Part shown: positions 38,193 through 49,263 of the stretch, one piece after another
Numbering within the stretch: the first letter of the stretch is position 1
How the letters are laid out: each line of letters starts with the position of its first letter
Assembly: GCA_964496815.1 (NCBI GenBank)
Contig: CAZCAO010000002.1
Span: 6,265-70,264, forward strand
Length of the DNA: 64,000 nucleotides
Direction: 5' to 3'
DNA from: an uncultured Candidatus Saccharibacteria bacterium
GTDB taxonomy: Bacteria; Patescibacteriota; Saccharimonadia; CAILAD01; JADZBC01
Position numbers and translations under genes: made by a program
The notes under the pieces: generated by a model
The model's input: only the letters and a program-made list of their open reading frames with translations
The model's database searches: none
What the model was told of the DNA's origin: nothing

Positions 38193-41030
38193 ATGCCAAA
38201 ATTATCCAAGGGGCGGAAAGTTCGTTATCGAGATTCATCCCCAATCAACAGCAAGCTCAAAACCGCCGCCGGCAATAAACGCGTGGCAAAGATTAAAGGC
38301 CTGGCCAAACTAAAGCCAAAGAATATTTGGGCCTGGGTAAAGACTCCCAAAGGTCGTCGCACCGTTATTGGGCTTGGGGCAGCAGGGCTTGGCATGATTC
38401 TTTTGGTATTCCTATGGTTCTCCAAAGACCTGCCTAGTCCTAACAAAATAAATGCACGACTCAATGCGCAAACGACAAAAATCTATGCCAGCGATGAAAA
38501 AACCCTGTTGCTTGAAGTGTACGGCGACAAAAACCGCAGCCTGATTGAGTTTAACGAAATGCCCAAAAGCATCAAAGATGCGACAGTGGCTATCGAAGAT
38601 AAGGACTTCTACAAGCACGGTGCCTTTAGTATCCAAGGGCTATCTCGGGCTGTTTACTATACCGTTTTCAAACGCAACACTCAGGGTGGCTCAACCATCA
38701 CGCAGCAATACGTCAAAAACGCGCTTCTAACTGATGAGCGCAGCGTAAGCCGCAAAATCAAGGAACTCATCTTGGCAATCGAAATCGAACAACTTTATAA
38801 AAAGGATGACATCCTCAAGCTCTACCTCAATGAAATCCCATATGGCTCTACTGCATACGGCGTTCAGGCTGCTGCAAAAACTTATTTTGGTAAAGACGCC
38901 AAAGACTTAACTCTAGCCCAAAGCGCGCTTCTAGCAGCCATGCCGCAAGCGCCAAGTTACTATTCGCCCTATGGTCCAAATAAGGCAATTTTGCTGCGTC
39001 GACAGCGTCGAGTGCTCGACAATATGGCCGAACAAAAATACATTACCAAGGCACAGGCAGATGCAGCCAAGAAAGAGGATATCCTAGCACAGCTCGTACC
39101 GTACCGACCTTATGCCAACATTACTGCGCCCCACTTTGTGCAGTACGTACGTGAACAGCTCGAAGCAGAGTACGGCATCAAGCGTGTCAACGAGGGCGGC
39201 CTAAAGGTCATTACGACACTTGATGTTGGTAAGCAAAAGGTTGCGGAAGACGCTGTAGCAAAGGGCATGGCTGGCGTGCGTAGAGCCAATGGTTCCAACG
39301 CCGCACTTGTAGCGGCCGATCCTAAAACAGGTGAAATCCAAGCCATGGTTGGTAGCTATGATTATGGTGATCAGGAATTTGGAAGCTTTAACGCCGCCAC
39401 AGCAGAACGTCAGCCGGGTTCATCATTCAAGCCAATTGTGTATTCGACATTGTTTAAAAAGAACTATGGTGCCGGCACAACGCTCTATGATGCTGTAACT
39501 GATTTCGGTGGTGGCTATAAGCCAACCAACTATACGCTGCGCACTTACGGCGTGGTGTCCGTCCGACAGGCACTAGCCGGCTCGCTCAACATCCCTGCCG
39601 TTAAGGCATTGTATTTAGCAGGTCTCGATAACTCGCTTAAGACGGCCCAAGACCTAGGTATAACCACCCTGGATCCCAAAAACGACTACGGTTTATCACT
39701 AACGCTCGGTAGTGGCGAGGTGAAGCTGACTGAAATGGTAGAAGCTTACTCGGTATTTGCCTCCGAAGGCCGCAAAAGAAATCAGGTCGCAATCAAGAAG
39801 GTAACAGACCAAACTGGCAAAGTCTTGCAAGAGAACAAGTCGAAGGACAACAAGGGCAAACAAGCCCTCGATCCGCAGATAGCTTATCTGATCTCGAATA
39901 TCCTATCCGACAACTCTGCACGCTGTAGCCTGGGAACGTTCCCGTGCGCCAACCCTCTTACCTTAGCCAATCGTCCAGTAGCTGCTAAGACCGGTACAAC
40001 CAATGATTTCAAAGACGCCTGGACTATGGGCTTCACCCCTGGCGTAGTCGTGGGGGTCTGGGCTGGCAATAACAACAACACGCCAATGAACCAAGCCTCG
40101 AGCATTGTAGCTGCCCCTATTTGGCAGTCCTACATTTCTGCCGTCACCAAAGATACCCCTGTTGAGCAATTCAAGCGCCCGAGTGGTATCAAAGACGTCA
40201 CACTTGATGCCAACACCGGTAAAGCACCAACTCCTGGTACTAAAAAAACCCGCACTGACATATTCCCGTCATGGTACCAGATACCTAAGTCTACCGGGGA
40301 TCAGGAGGCCAAGATCGACAAAATATCTGGCAAGCTAGCCACAGAATGTACTCCGCAAGAAGCGATCGAAACCATGAGCGCGGGCCTCATTACTGCCGAA
40401 GTACCACCAACCGATATCTCCTACGCCCGTTGGCAACCTCCTGTTTCGGCTATTGCCGCATCCTTAGGTATGAGCGGTGGCAGCCTCCCGACACAAAAAG
40501 ACGACGTACACGACTGTGGGGACACCCGTCCAGCTGTAACAGTTACCACCGATAAATCAACAGGGACTACCTTTGCTGTAACGGCAAATGTTGTCAGTGG
40601 CCGCTACCCTGCCAACCGTCTCATTTTCTACATTGATGGAACAGAGATTTCTAGCCAAAATATAGGCGGCGGTGGCTCTTACACGATTGAACATAAGCCG
40701 ACGTCAGCCGGTTCGCACCAGTATAGTGCCAAAGTGATTGACTCTGTGCTATACAGTGGCTTAAGTAACACGGTCAGTGTTGCCGCGGTAGCCGGGCCAA
40801 CTGTATCGCTCAACTGCACCCTTGCATCAGGTGGACGCTGTATCGCGACTATTAGTGGTGGGAGCGGCAACTATTCAGCAGCTTTCTACTTCAATAACGT
40901 GCTGCAAAATACCGACTCGAGTGCGCCCTACCAATCTAGCCCTGGCTGGTCAAGCGGTGTACCTGCTAGCGTCAAGGTGACAGATAATACCTACGGTGGG
41001 ACAGGTGAAGATACTTACCCAAGCACTTAG
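38193..41030 (+). CDS. class A penicillin-binding protein (transglycosylase/transpeptidase) with a C-terminal Ig-like extension
   Basis: GT51 motifs (EDKDFYKHGAF, GGSTITQQ) and transpeptidase motifs SSFK and KTGTT. It is the only native plus-strand gene. Confidence 0.9.
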   Translation: MPKLSKGRKVRYRDSSPINSKLKTAAGNKRVAKIKGLAKLKPKNIWAWVKTPKGRRTVIGLGAAGLGMILLVFLWFSKDLPSPNKINARLNAQTTKIYASDEKTLLLEVYGDKNRSLIEFNEMPKSIKDATVAIEDKDFYKHGAFSIQGLSRAVYYTVFKRNTQGGSTITQQYVKNALLTDERSVSRKIKELILAIEIEQLYKKDDILKLYLNEIPYGSTAYGVQAAAKTYFGKDAKDLTLAQSALLAAMPQAPSYYSPYGPNKAILLRRQRRVLDNMAEQKYITKAQADAAKKEDILAQLVPYRPYANITAPHFVQYVREQLEAEYGIKRVNEGGLKVITTLDVGKQKVAEDAVAKGMAGVRRANGSNAALVAADPKTGEIQAMVGSYDYGDQEFGSFNAATAERQPGSSFKPIVYSTLFKKNYGAGTTLYDAVTDFGGGYKPTNYTLRTYGVVSVRQALAGSLNIPAVKALYLAGLDNSLKTAQDLGITTLDPKNDYGLSLTLGSGEVKLTEMVEAYSVFASEGRKRNQVAIKKVTDQTGKVLQENKSKDNKGKQALDPQIAYLISNILSDNSARCSLGTFPCANPLTLANRPVAAKTGTTNDFKDAWTMGFTPGVVVGVWAGNNNNTPMNQASSIVAAPIWQSYISAVTKDTPVEQFKRPSGIKDVTLDANTGKAPTPGTKKTRTDIFPSWYQIPKSTGDQEAKIDKISGKLATECTPQEAIETMSAGLITAEVPPTDISYARWQPPVSAIAASLGMSGGSLPTQKDDVHDCGDTRPAVTVTTDKSTGTTFAVTANVVSGRYPANRLIFYIDGTEISSQNIGGGGSYTIEHKPTSAGSHQYSAKVIDSVLYSGLSNTVSVAAVAGPTVSLNCTLASGGRCIATISGGSGNYSAAFYFNNVLQNTDSSAPYQSSPGWSSGVPASVKVTDNTYGGTGEDTYPST

Positions 41031-41048
41031 CTCGCAGAGTAGCCCCTT

Positions 41049-41090
41049 CTACACTAAAATACCCCGATATGCCGGGGTATTTTAGTGTAG
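41049..41090. terminator. bidirectional 18-bp hairpin between convergent genes
   Basis: CTACACTAAAATACCCCG-atatgc-CGGGGTATTTTAGTGTAG. Confidence 0.7.
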
Positions 41091-42014
41091 CTACTTGTCT
41101 TGGGGTTGCCTAGCAGGCTGAGCTGGGCCTTGTTGATTGAGCCGAGCCTGTTGTCGAGGCGGCCGGGCGTGATACGGTTTACCGTTTGAGTTGCGGACGG
41201 GTTTGGTGTCTGGTTGCGGTGCGGGTTTATGCCGACCTTGCCCAGCACTCGCGGTGCCTTTCTTTTCTGCAGCAAATATCATTTTGCCGGCAACGGTCTG
41301 AAAAATTCGTGTAACCTCCGTGGTAACCTCCTTGCCCATCAACTTGTCACCGTTTTCGACTACAATCATTGTGCCGTCAGCCAGATATCCTACGCCCTGG
41401 TTTTTTTCCTTACCTGGCTGTACGACCTTCACCGTTAACTCTTCGCCTGGCAGAACTACTGGTCGTATAGCATTAGCCAGCTCGTTGACGTTTAAAACCT
41501 TCACGGTATCAATTGTCGCCACTCGATTAAGGTTGTAATCAGTGGTTAATATGTTGGTGTTAAACTTCTTAGCCAAATATACTAGCTTATGATCAACTTC
41601 TTTTATTTCTTCAGGATTCTCTTCGATAATGTCCAGCTCTACATTTGGATCCTGGCGCATTAAATTCAACATCTCCAGCCCCCTGCGTCCTCGACCACGT
41701 CGCATTGCATCATCACTGTCGGCAATATTCTGCAACTCGGCGAGTACAAATCTAGGCACAAGCAACTTACCAGGAACGAATCCAGTCTTGATGATATCGG
41801 CAATCCTGCCATCAATAATCGCCGAGGTGTCTACGAGAACCTGCGGTGCGCCGCTTGGTGTGGCTGTGTCGACCTTAGCTGGTTTAGGCTTTGCCGGCTT
41901 GTTATTACGAGCCATGAACTGAGTCAAAAACTGCTGCTGAGTATAGAACATTACAACTAGTAGAACAGCAAACAATATAGTAAGCCCAAGGGCCACGATC
42001 AGAACGGTATTCAT
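41091..42014 (-). CDS. PIN/TRAM domain protein (YacL-like) with a disordered Pro/Gln-rich tail
   Basis: An N-terminal TM segment, a PIN-like VDTSAIIDGR motif and a TRAM-like C-terminal region. It is next to radA, as in Firmicutes. Confidence 0.7.
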   Translation of the reverse strand: MNTVLIVALGLTILFAVLLVVMFYTQQQFLTQFMARNNKPAKPKPAKVDTATPSGAPQVLVDTSAIIDGRIADIIKTGFVPGKLLVPRFVLAELQNIADSDDAMRRGRGRRGLEMLNLMRQDPNVELDIIEENPEEIKEVDHKLVYLAKKFNTNILTTDYNLNRVATIDTVKVLNVNELANAIRPVVLPGEELTVKVVQPGKEKNQGVGYLADGTMIVVENGDKLMGKEVTTEVTRIFQTVAGKMIFAAEKKGTASAGQGRHKPAPQPDTKPVRNSNGKPYHARPPRQQARLNQQGPAQPARQPQDK

Positions 42015-42030
42015 GATTATTAAAATTCCT

Positions 42031-43374
42031 CTATGATTTAGTGATTTGTTTTATTGCGTCAGCAATGGTTCGTGCCTTTATGGCCTTGACGCCACGAACT
42101 GTAGCCTTGGTCTGCGGTGAAACAAGTGCTGTGAAAAACCCTTGTCGATAGGCTTCTTCGAGTCTCCGTTCAGCAAAGCTGACCGATCGCAATTCACCAC
42201 TTAATCCAACTTCTCCGAAAGCCGTGAGCTCAGCTGGGAAGATTATACCTTTGTAGGCGGAGGCGATTGCTAAAATAATTGCGAGATCAATTGCCGGCTC
42301 ATTTACCTTGAGACCGCCTACAATATTAACATAAATGTCTGATGAGCTCAAATTAATCCCCCCTCGTTTGGTCATGACCGCAGCGAGTAAGCCGAGACGA
42401 TTCATATCCACGCCAACAGCCGTGCGTTTAGGATAACCAAATACTGAAGGTGACACCAGGGCCTGAACTTCAATCATAATCGGACGGCTCCCCTCCATGG
42501 CAGCAAATACGACCGAGCCAGGCAGTTGCTGACGTTCAGCCAAAAGCGCAGCTGATGGATTTTCTACGGGCAAAAGCCCACGATCGGACATTTCTAATAT
42601 GCCAACTTCATTTGTGGATCCAAACCTATTCTTGTTTGCCCGAAGCACCTTGAGCGATCCATACTTCTCTCCCTCCAAATACAACACCGCATCGACCAAA
42701 TGCTCGAGTACTCTCGGGCCCGCCACATTACCCTCTTTGGTGACGTGACCAATGATGATAAATGCCGTGTGGCTTGCCTTCGCCACATTCATGATCCGAG
42801 CTGCAATGTTAGTCATTTGTCCGACAGTACTAATCGCCGATGCCGCATCATTACCAACCATAGTCTGAATAGAATCGACGATAATTAGATCGTATTCACT
42901 ACTTCCAGCCTGAGCCAAAACTTGATCCGCATCGGTCGAGGCCAAGAAATCGAATTCCACACTCACGCCCTGCAATCTGTCAGCACGAAGCTTAATTTGT
43001 GACGGTGATTCCTCGCCACTCACATAGAGCACTCGCTTACCTTTGGCGATATTGCTAGCCAACTGTAAAACGAGAGTGGATTTTCCAATGCCAGGATCAC
43101 CAGCAAGTAGTATGAGTGATCCGGGAACAATCCCGCCTCCCAATACCGTATCCACCTCACCAATGCCAACCGACAAGCGATCAAGCGCCGTGGCCTTCAC
43201 CTCGCTTAGTTTGGAAGCCTTAATGCGAGCTACTTTTACTTGACCTGGTGCACTTGGAGCGTTCGTCATCTCCACGATGGATTCCCAGGCCCCACAGTTT
43301 AAACACTTTCCACTCCATTTTACAAAGGTAGCGCCGCATGCCTCACATATGTACTGTGCCGTTTGTTTTGCCAT
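42031..43374 (-). CDS. radA: DNA repair protein RadA
   Basis: Zn-finger CEACG...CLNCG, Walker A GDPGIGKST and a Lon-like C-terminal domain. Confidence 0.93.
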   Translation of the reverse strand: MAKQTAQYICEACGATFVKWSGKCLNCGAWESIVEMTNAPSAPGQVKVARIKASKLSEVKATALDRLSVGIGEVDTVLGGGIVPGSLILLAGDPGIGKSTLVLQLASNIAKGKRVLYVSGEESPSQIKLRADRLQGVSVEFDFLASTDADQVLAQAGSSEYDLIIVDSIQTMVGNDAASAISTVGQMTNIAARIMNVAKASHTAFIIIGHVTKEGNVAGPRVLEHLVDAVLYLEGEKYGSLKVLRANKNRFGSTNEVGILEMSDRGLLPVENPSAALLAERQQLPGSVVFAAMEGSRPIMIEVQALVSPSVFGYPKRTAVGVDMNRLGLLAAVMTKRGGINLSSSDIYVNIVGGLKVNEPAIDLAIILAIASAYKGIIFPAELTAFGEVGLSGELRSVSFAERRLEEAYRQGFFTALVSPQTKATVRGVKAIKARTIADAIKQITKS

Positions 43375-43410
43375 ATAGTCAGTATATCATGCGAATATTA
43401 TACGAACAAA

Positions 43411-43758
43411 TTACTTTTTCAATTGAACTCGAATAGCAACAACGCCATATCGATCTTCGTCGGCTTCGGTATAGAATTTTCGGTACACACTTATGCCCTC
43501 AGTAACAGATAAAATGTTAGGTAAGACATTGCCAACACCTTCAATTAGCAACATATCGAAGAATCTACCGTAATGGACCACCTCAAGAATTTCTACCTCA
43601 ATAACTTCGTTGTTCTGCGGCTCCCTGTGGACCGCTATTGTATCCCCTGCTTTCATTGCAGAAAAATTCCCTTTGTCGAGTCGACCCCCTACTGTCTTCC
43701 GGCCAATCTTTAATTGGGTGAAATATGGTTCTTGTATATTAGTTTGCCAATGAGCCAT
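43411..43758 (-). CDS. ASCH domain protein
   Basis: 115-aa protein with an ASCH-like N-terminus (EPYFTQLKIGRKTVGGR). Confidence 0.55.
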   Translation of the reverse strand: MAHWQTNIQEPYFTQLKIGRKTVGGRLDKGNFSAMKAGDTIAVHREPQNNEVIEVEILEVVHYGRFFDMLLIEGVGNVLPNILSVTEGISVYRKFYTEADEDRYGVVAIRVQLKK

Positions 43759-44341
43759 TACTCAGTCTCTTCAGTTCTTTTAGCGCCTCTCCCCAGCTGT
43801 GAACGAGATGAGGCATAGACGCAACATCCTCCTGATTCAATCTCGTTGCAAATATAACCACCGATACTCCGGCTTCCTTGCAGGCAAGAATTTCTTTTAT
43901 TTCGTCTTCAATTAAGACATCTGCCTTTTCACGTAAGCATATTGATGCCTTGGTTGGCTGCACGCCATTCTTCATTTCTGCTTTTGTAAAAATCACCTTT
44001 TTAAACGCGTCGCCGAAGTTACGTTTCAACCATTGTCTGGTTGACTCATGACCGGCTTGTTCGCGGTTCGAGATGATAATCAGCTCATGCTGTTTTGCTA
44101 ACTCTGTGATCGCATCAACCGCACCAGGCACAAGCAGCCAGTCTTTCGAATGGTGACTCGCTCGGTAGTGTTTGCTGATTTGATCAATATCTTCCTCGGC
44201 CACACCAAGTACCTCCCAAAAGCCTTTGTCTGGCGTAAAGTCTTCTTCGCCGAAGCTAGTACCATACGTGGAGTTAAAGTAGCGTAGATAGCTGGCTAGG
44301 CCTCGGGCCAATACCTCGTCGATATCAACGGCTATCTTCAT
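43739..44341 (-). CDS. HAD-family 5'(3')-deoxyribonucleotidase-like hydrolase
   Basis: DxDxV nucleophile motif (IAVDIDEVL) near the N-terminus. Confidence 0.6.
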   Translation of the reverse strand: MKIAVDIDEVLARGLASYLRYFNSTYGTSFGEEDFTPDKGFWEVLGVAEEDIDQISKHYRASHHSKDWLLVPGAVDAITELAKQHELIIISNREQAGHESTRQWLKRNFGDAFKKVIFTKAEMKNGVQPTKASICLREKADVLIEDEIKEILACKEAGVSVVIFATRLNQEDVASMPHLVHSWGEALKELKRLSNGSLAN

Positions 44342-46815
44342 TTTGAGGCAGGCTGAAGCTGATCTAGGGCTTCTACGCGAATCTCACCTGCTTTGGCAGA
44401 CACCTTAATGTTATCACCGGCCTTGAGCTTACCTTCGAGCATGTCTAGTGCCAACCTGTCTTCTACGAGTCGCTGAATTGCACGCCTGAGTGGTCGCGCT
44501 CCTTGCTCAACATCATAGCCCTTATCAATGAGGAGGTCTTTGAGGCTGCGGGTAAACTTCACTCCAACTCCTTTGGTAATTAAACGCTGTGCCAAATTAC
44601 TCAGCTGCAAGTCTACGATTGATCGGACATCGAGCTTTGAGAGCGCTCGGAAGATTACAATGTGATCGATTCGATTGAGAAACTCTGGACGGAATGCCTT
44701 TTTCAATTCAGCATGAACAGTCTTTTCCATTCGATCATGCATCGCTTCGAGCTTCTTTTCTTCAACCACACTGTCAGTAGCAAAGCCCAGCACAGCTTCT
44801 TGGTGCAAGAGTTTTGCTCCGACATTGGATGTCATGATAATAATCGTGTTTCTAAAATCAACCTTGCGACCTTTCGCATCGGTAAGGAAACCGTCTTCGA
44901 GTACCTGCAAGAGCATATTGAATACCTCTGGGTGGGCTTTTTCGATCTCATCGAACAGAATCAAGCTATACGGCTTACGACGAACCTTCTCAGTAAGCTG
45001 TCCACCATCGTCATAGCCCACATAACCAGCTGGTGCACCGACAAGACGAGCTACGTTATGTCGCTCCATGAACTCACTCATATCAACTTTAATCAGCGCA
45101 TCTTTGTCATGGAAAACTTCTTCCGCCAGGGTGCGGGCTAGTTCGGTCTTACCTACACCTGTTGGACCGAGGAATATGAATGATCCAATTGGTCGATTAT
45201 CGTCAGCAATCCCTGTGCGCGACCTGCGAATAGCATGAGCGACCGCACTCACTGCTTCTTGTTGACCGATAATACGGCGCTGTAGTGTCTTCTCGAGCTT
45301 CACCAGGCTCTCAGACTCAGTTTTAATGAGCTTAGTTAACGGCACGCCAGTCATCTGGTTGACCACAGCAGCGATGTCCTCAGAGTTAATAACGATCTTC
45401 CCGGTCTTCTCATCTTTAGATAGTTGAGTGGAGATTTTTTGCTCTAAAATACTCGCTTCGGACTTCAGTCGGGCAGCATATTCAAAGTCCTGGTTATACA
45501 CTGCTTCATCGATTTGCTCCATAATAGTCGCCAGTCGAGTCTGTAAGTCTTTTAAGCGCTTGCTCGTTCCGCCCTTGCGAATCCGCGCAAGCGATGCAGC
45601 CTCATCTATCAGGTCTATTGCTTTATCAGGCATAAATCGGTCGGCGATATAGCGCGCTGCTAGTTTTGCTGCATCTTCGATTGCTTCGTCAGATATCTCG
45701 ACCTTATGAAAGTCCTCGTAATGTCCCTTGAGACCTTTGAGCACATCAATTGTCTCTTCAACCGTAGTTTCGGGTACAATTACCGGCTGGAAACGGCGCT
45801 CTAGTGCCGTGTCTTTTTCGATGTGTTTGCGGTATTCTTCGAGCGTTGTCGCGCCAATTGTCTGCACTTCGCCGCGTGCCAAGGCTGGCTTGAGAATGTT
45901 CGCAGCATCGATTGCACCCTCGGCCGAACCGGCACCAACCACAGTATGCAGCTCGTCGATAAACAGTATCACCTCCTTGTGGGCTTTAGCTTCATCGATA
46001 AGCTTTTTGAGTCGCTCCTCGAATTCACCACGATATTTCGTGCCAGCGATTACGCTTGCCATATCGAGCATGACAATGCGCTTATCCGACAACATCTCAG
46101 GCACTTCGTCGTTTACAATCCGCTGCGCCAAGCCCTCAACGATGGCAGTCTTACCCACGCCAGGTTCACCAATCAAAACAGGATTATTCTTACTACGTCG
46201 ATTGAGGATTGAAATCATCCGATCAATTTGTTTTTCGCGACCGACGACCGGGTCTAGTTCAGCTGCAGCAGCGCGCGCTGTTAGGTCAATACCAAAATGA
46301 TCGAGGGTAGGAGTCTTGCTGCCCTTGTTTTTGCGCCCAGCCTGACGAGTCGCCTGCTCTTCATAAGCATAGGACTGTGCATTCAAGTAGTTTTCCAATT
46401 CACCGCGAATGTCGTTTGGATCAACTTTAATGCCGCGTAAAAGCACATTTGCCCGCGCATTATCCTGACCCAAAATCGCAAACAGCAAATGCTCCGTACC
46501 GGCATAAGGCTGGCCATACTCTTGAGCTACACGCAACGCCAAAGTAATCGTCTTACGCGCTGTCGCGCTCAAGGCCTGAGGCGTAGATGCACTCGCGCCA
46601 GCTTGCAAGCTTGGTACGGTACTAAGATTCAATCGATCGAGTGACACACCCATGTCGGTCAGAATCTTTGAGCCAATCGATGTTTGCTGCTTAAGAACGC
46701 CGAGCAATAAATGCTCCGTACCCACGTAGGCAGCCCCCATGCCCATAGCTAGCTCGCCGGCGTTTTGCAAACTCCGTTTGGCATTTTCTGTAAATCGATC
46801 GAATTCTGGAGACAT
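44338..46815 (-). CDS. clpC: ATP-dependent Clp protease ATP-binding subunit ClpC
   Basis: Clp_N repeats and two AAA+ modules (GEPGVGKTA; [11 protein letters not shown]). Confidence 0.92.
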   Translation of the reverse strand: MSPEFDRFTENAKRSLQNAGELAMGMGAAYVGTEHLLLGVLKQQTSIGSKILTDMGVSLDRLNLSTVPSLQAGASASTPQALSATARKTITLALRVAQEYGQPYAGTEHLLFAILGQDNARANVLLRGIKVDPNDIRGELENYLNAQSYAYEEQATRQAGRKNKGSKTPTLDHFGIDLTARAAAAELDPVVGREKQIDRMISILNRRSKNNPVLIGEPGVGKTAIVEGLAQRIVNDEVPEMLSDKRIVMLDMASVIAGTKYRGEFEERLKKLIDEAKAHKEVILFIDELHTVVGAGSAEGAIDAANILKPALARGEVQTIGATTLEEYRKHIEKDTALERRFQPVIVPETTVEETIDVLKGLKGHYEDFHKVEISDEAIEDAAKLAARYIADRFMPDKAIDLIDEAASLARIRKGGTSKRLKDLQTRLATIMEQIDEAVYNQDFEYAARLKSEASILEQKISTQLSKDEKTGKIVINSEDIAAVVNQMTGVPLTKLIKTESESLVKLEKTLQRRIIGQQEAVSAVAHAIRRSRTGIADDNRPIGSFIFLGPTGVGKTELARTLAEEVFHDKDALIKVDMSEFMERHNVARLVGAPAGYVGYDDGGQLTEKVRRKPYSLILFDEIEKAHPEVFNMLLQVLEDGFLTDAKGRKVDFRNTIIIMTSNVGAKLLHQEAVLGFATDSVVEEKKLEAMHDRMEKTVHAELKKAFRPEFLNRIDHIVIFRALSKLDVRSIVDLQLSNLAQRLITKGVGVKFTRSLKDLLIDKGYDVEQGARPLRRAIQRLVEDRLALDMLEGKLKAGDNIKVSAKAGEIRVEALDQLQPASK

Positions 46816-46863
46816 GAACTCACTCCTTTATTACTATAATCATTATAGCATATTGATAACCAA

Positions 46864-46890
46864 AAAACCGTACAAAAAACGTACGGTTTT
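46864..46890 (-). terminator. terminator after nusA
   Basis: AAAACCGTAC/GTACGGTTTT stem followed by a U-run on the minus strand. Confidence 0.65.
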
Positions 46891-46927
46891 AACCTGGAAT
46901 TAGCACTCAGGGGTTGACAGTGCTAAT

Positions 46928-48055
46928 TTAGACTTGAGTTTCTTCAGTGGAATTTAAATCTTTGACTTCCGGCTCTGCGGCATCAGCTTCTGGTGCGGCA
47001 GCCTCAGCAGTCGCTTCGATTCCGGCATCGTCGGCACCATCTATATCTACGTTCCAGCCGGTCAATTTAGCAGCCAGGCGTACGTTCTGACCTTGACGAC
47101 CAATCGCAAGCGACAACTGATCCTCTGGCACGCGCACTACGGCCTTCTTTTCCGCTTCATCAAGTGTCACGCTCAGCACCTTAGTAGGGCTCAGGGCAGA
47201 AGCAATAAACTCCTCAGGGTTTTCGCTAAAGGGGATGATATCGATCTTTTCCTCTCCCAGATCGGCCATCACAGCCTGGACGCGAGCACCACGGCCACCT
47301 ACGAATGTACCAACAGCATCTACGCCATCAGCGTTTGATTTAACTGCAATCTTAGTACGAGCTCCGCCTTCACGAGCAATCCCTGCGATTTCTACCGTGC
47401 CTGCTTCGATCTCTGGTACTTCCATCTCGAAGAGTCTACGGATCATGTCAGGGTGCGAACGACTTACGACGATCTGTGGGCCACGAGCAGTTTGCTCAAC
47501 GCGCACGATGTACACCTTAAGCCGTTGTCCTGGGTAGTAGTGCTCACCACGAATCTGTTCAGCGGGGAACATAATGCCCGAAGCCTTACCGAGATCCACA
47601 AACACATTATTGCCTTCCACCCGCTGCACAACAGCATTAAGAATGACGCCTTCTTTGTCGCTATATTCTTCGAACACCACTTCGCGCTCGGCTTCACGAA
47701 TGCGCTGTACGATCACCTGCTTGGCAGTCTGTGCGGCAACGCGACCAAAGTCTTTATTGTCTTCTTCGTACTCTATTACGTCTTCTAATTTGGCGTCTTT
47801 TTTGTGCTTTTTAGCATCGCTCAAGCTAATTTGCAAAAATGGATTTTCTACTTCCTCAACCACCTCTTTGCTGATAAAGATGCGTGGTGCGCCAGTTGCT
47901 TCATCGAGCTGCACCCGTACTTCCTGATCGCGATCGCCATAGTCCTTTTTGTATGCAGCAGCCAAGGCTTGCTCTACGGCCTCGAGTACGATCTCTTTGC
48001 TTAATCCTTTTTCGTCGCAAATCTGTTCGATTGCTGACATAAACTGTGTATTCAT
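46928..48055 (-). CDS. nusA: transcription termination/antitermination factor NusA
   Basis: S1 and KH domains with an acidic tail. No rimP lies upstream. Confidence 0.92.
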   Translation of the reverse strand: MNTQFMSAIEQICDEKGLSKEIVLEAVEQALAAAYKKDYGDRDQEVRVQLDEATGAPRIFISKEVVEEVENPFLQISLSDAKKHKKDAKLEDVIEYEEDNKDFGRVAAQTAKQVIVQRIREAEREVVFEEYSDKEGVILNAVVQRVEGNNVFVDLGKASGIMFPAEQIRGEHYYPGQRLKVYIVRVEQTARGPQIVVSRSHPDMIRRLFEMEVPEIEAGTVEIAGIAREGGARTKIAVKSNADGVDAVGTFVGGRGARVQAVMADLGEEKIDIIPFSENPEEFIASALSPTKVLSVTLDEAEKKAVVRVPEDQLSLAIGRQGQNVRLAAKLTGWNVDIDGADDAGIEATAEAAAPEADAAEPEVKDLNSTEETQV

Positions 48056-48090
48056 AGTGCTTCCTTTCTGTTAGTAGCTGAATTGTGGTC

Positions 48091-48115
48091 AAAAAAAGCC
48101 GGCCAAGGTGCCGAC
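48091..48115 (-). terminator. terminator after yraN
   Basis: The minus strand reads GUCGGC-ACCUUG-GCCGGC followed by UUUUUUU. Its G-U pair is valid only on the minus strand. Confidence 0.6.
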
Positions 48116-48167
48116 TGTAGTAATGACTATCAGAATAAATCAATTCTACCCAATTGCAGCAGTGTTG

Positions 48168-48530
48168 TCAATCCGTGATGTTCTCGATGTGCTCAACTGT
48201 AGGTGATTCTATGCTCCCCTGGACGAACACGGCATCTATCCGAGGCTGAAAACCAGTATATTCCTGGTGTTCTGCCAGCCAGACTTCGGTTGCATTGCGA
48301 AGCCGCCGCAGCTTATCAGCTGTAATCGCAGCTGCACCGCCGCCGAAGTCTGTAGACTTGCGATACTTCACCTCAACAAAAACTATCGAATCCCTATTAG
48401 CTACGATCAAATCCAATTCTGCAAAACGTGTGCGATCGTTACGCGCGACAACCCTGTAATCGACAGATTCCAAATACGTGGCGGCCACATCCTCTGCCCT
48501 CAGTCCAATTGCGGTAGTGTTTTTAGCCAC
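48168..48530 (-). CDS. yraN: YraN family (UPF0102) endonuclease-like protein
   Basis: 120-aa protein with the ELDLI...VFVEVK motif. Confidence 0.8.
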   Translation of the reverse strand: MAKNTTAIGLRAEDVAATYLESVDYRVVARNDRTRFAELDLIVANRDSIVFVEVKYRKSTDFGGGAAAITADKLRRLRNATEVWLAEHQEYTGFQPRIDAVFVQGSIESPTVEHIENITD

Positions 48531-49146
48531 GGCTCTTTACCTTGAAGCTACGACGGTGAATCGGACTTGGCCCATATTCTTTAAGCGCTGCTAAGTGCTG
48601 TGCGCTTCCATAGCCTACATTCGTAGCAAATCCGTACGCTGGATACAACTCAGCCTGGCTCTGCATCCATTCATCCCTGGCTACTTTGGCAATAATTGAA
48701 GCGGCCGCCACGCAAGCTACTTTTTGGTCTGCCTTGATGATGGGCTCCACAAAGTCCTGGTCAATTATTCTATGTGGTCCATCAATCACAAGTCGGTCTG
48801 GCTTAATCTCTAAGCCTTCAAGTGCCCGAGTGTAGGCCAAGCTAATAGCCGCACTCAAGCCCAGCTCATCAATCTCGGCATGCTCCACCCTACCAAGCGA
48901 GTATGCTTCGGCCTCGCCCCGTATCTGTTCAGCCAGTAACGCTCGCTTTTTGGCCGAAAGTAGCTTAGAATCAGCCAACCGCAATACACAACCCACCGGA
49001 AGGACCGCCATACCAACCACCAGTGGCCCGGCCAAACAACCACGCCCCACCTCATCAGCCCCTGCTATACTGCTCGCACCTTGCGCCCGTGCCCCCACTT
49101 CGTAATCATAACTTGCCCAGATCATACCTGAAGTATAGCAAAGCAC
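48523..49146 (-). CDS. rnhB: ribonuclease HII
   Basis: GADEVGRGCLAGPLV catalytic motif. The exact start is uncertain. Confidence 0.9.
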   Translation of the reverse strand: MLCYTSGMIWASYDYEVGARAQGASSIAGADEVGRGCLAGPLVVGMAVLPVGCVLRLADSKLLSAKKRALLAEQIRGEAEAYSLGRVEHAEIDELGLSAAISLAYTRALEGLEIKPDRLVIDGPHRIIDQDFVEPIIKADQKVACVAAASIIAKVARDEWMQSQAELYPAYGFATNVGYGSAQHLAALKEYGPSPIHRRSFKVKSRG

Positions 49147-49212
49147 TGATGCCTTTTACGATAAGTAATTGTGCTGGCTTCTTGTTGACTGCATGCATCT
49201 GACGTACGTCAT

Positions 49213-49250
49213 AAACCAAAAGCCACCTCGATACAGGTGGCTTTTGGTTT
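49213..49250 (-). terminator. terminator after rplS
   Basis: A 15-bp stem AAACCAAAAGCCACC/GGTGGCTTTTGGTTT. Confidence 0.65.
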
Positions 49251-49263
49251 AACTAGAGTCTGT

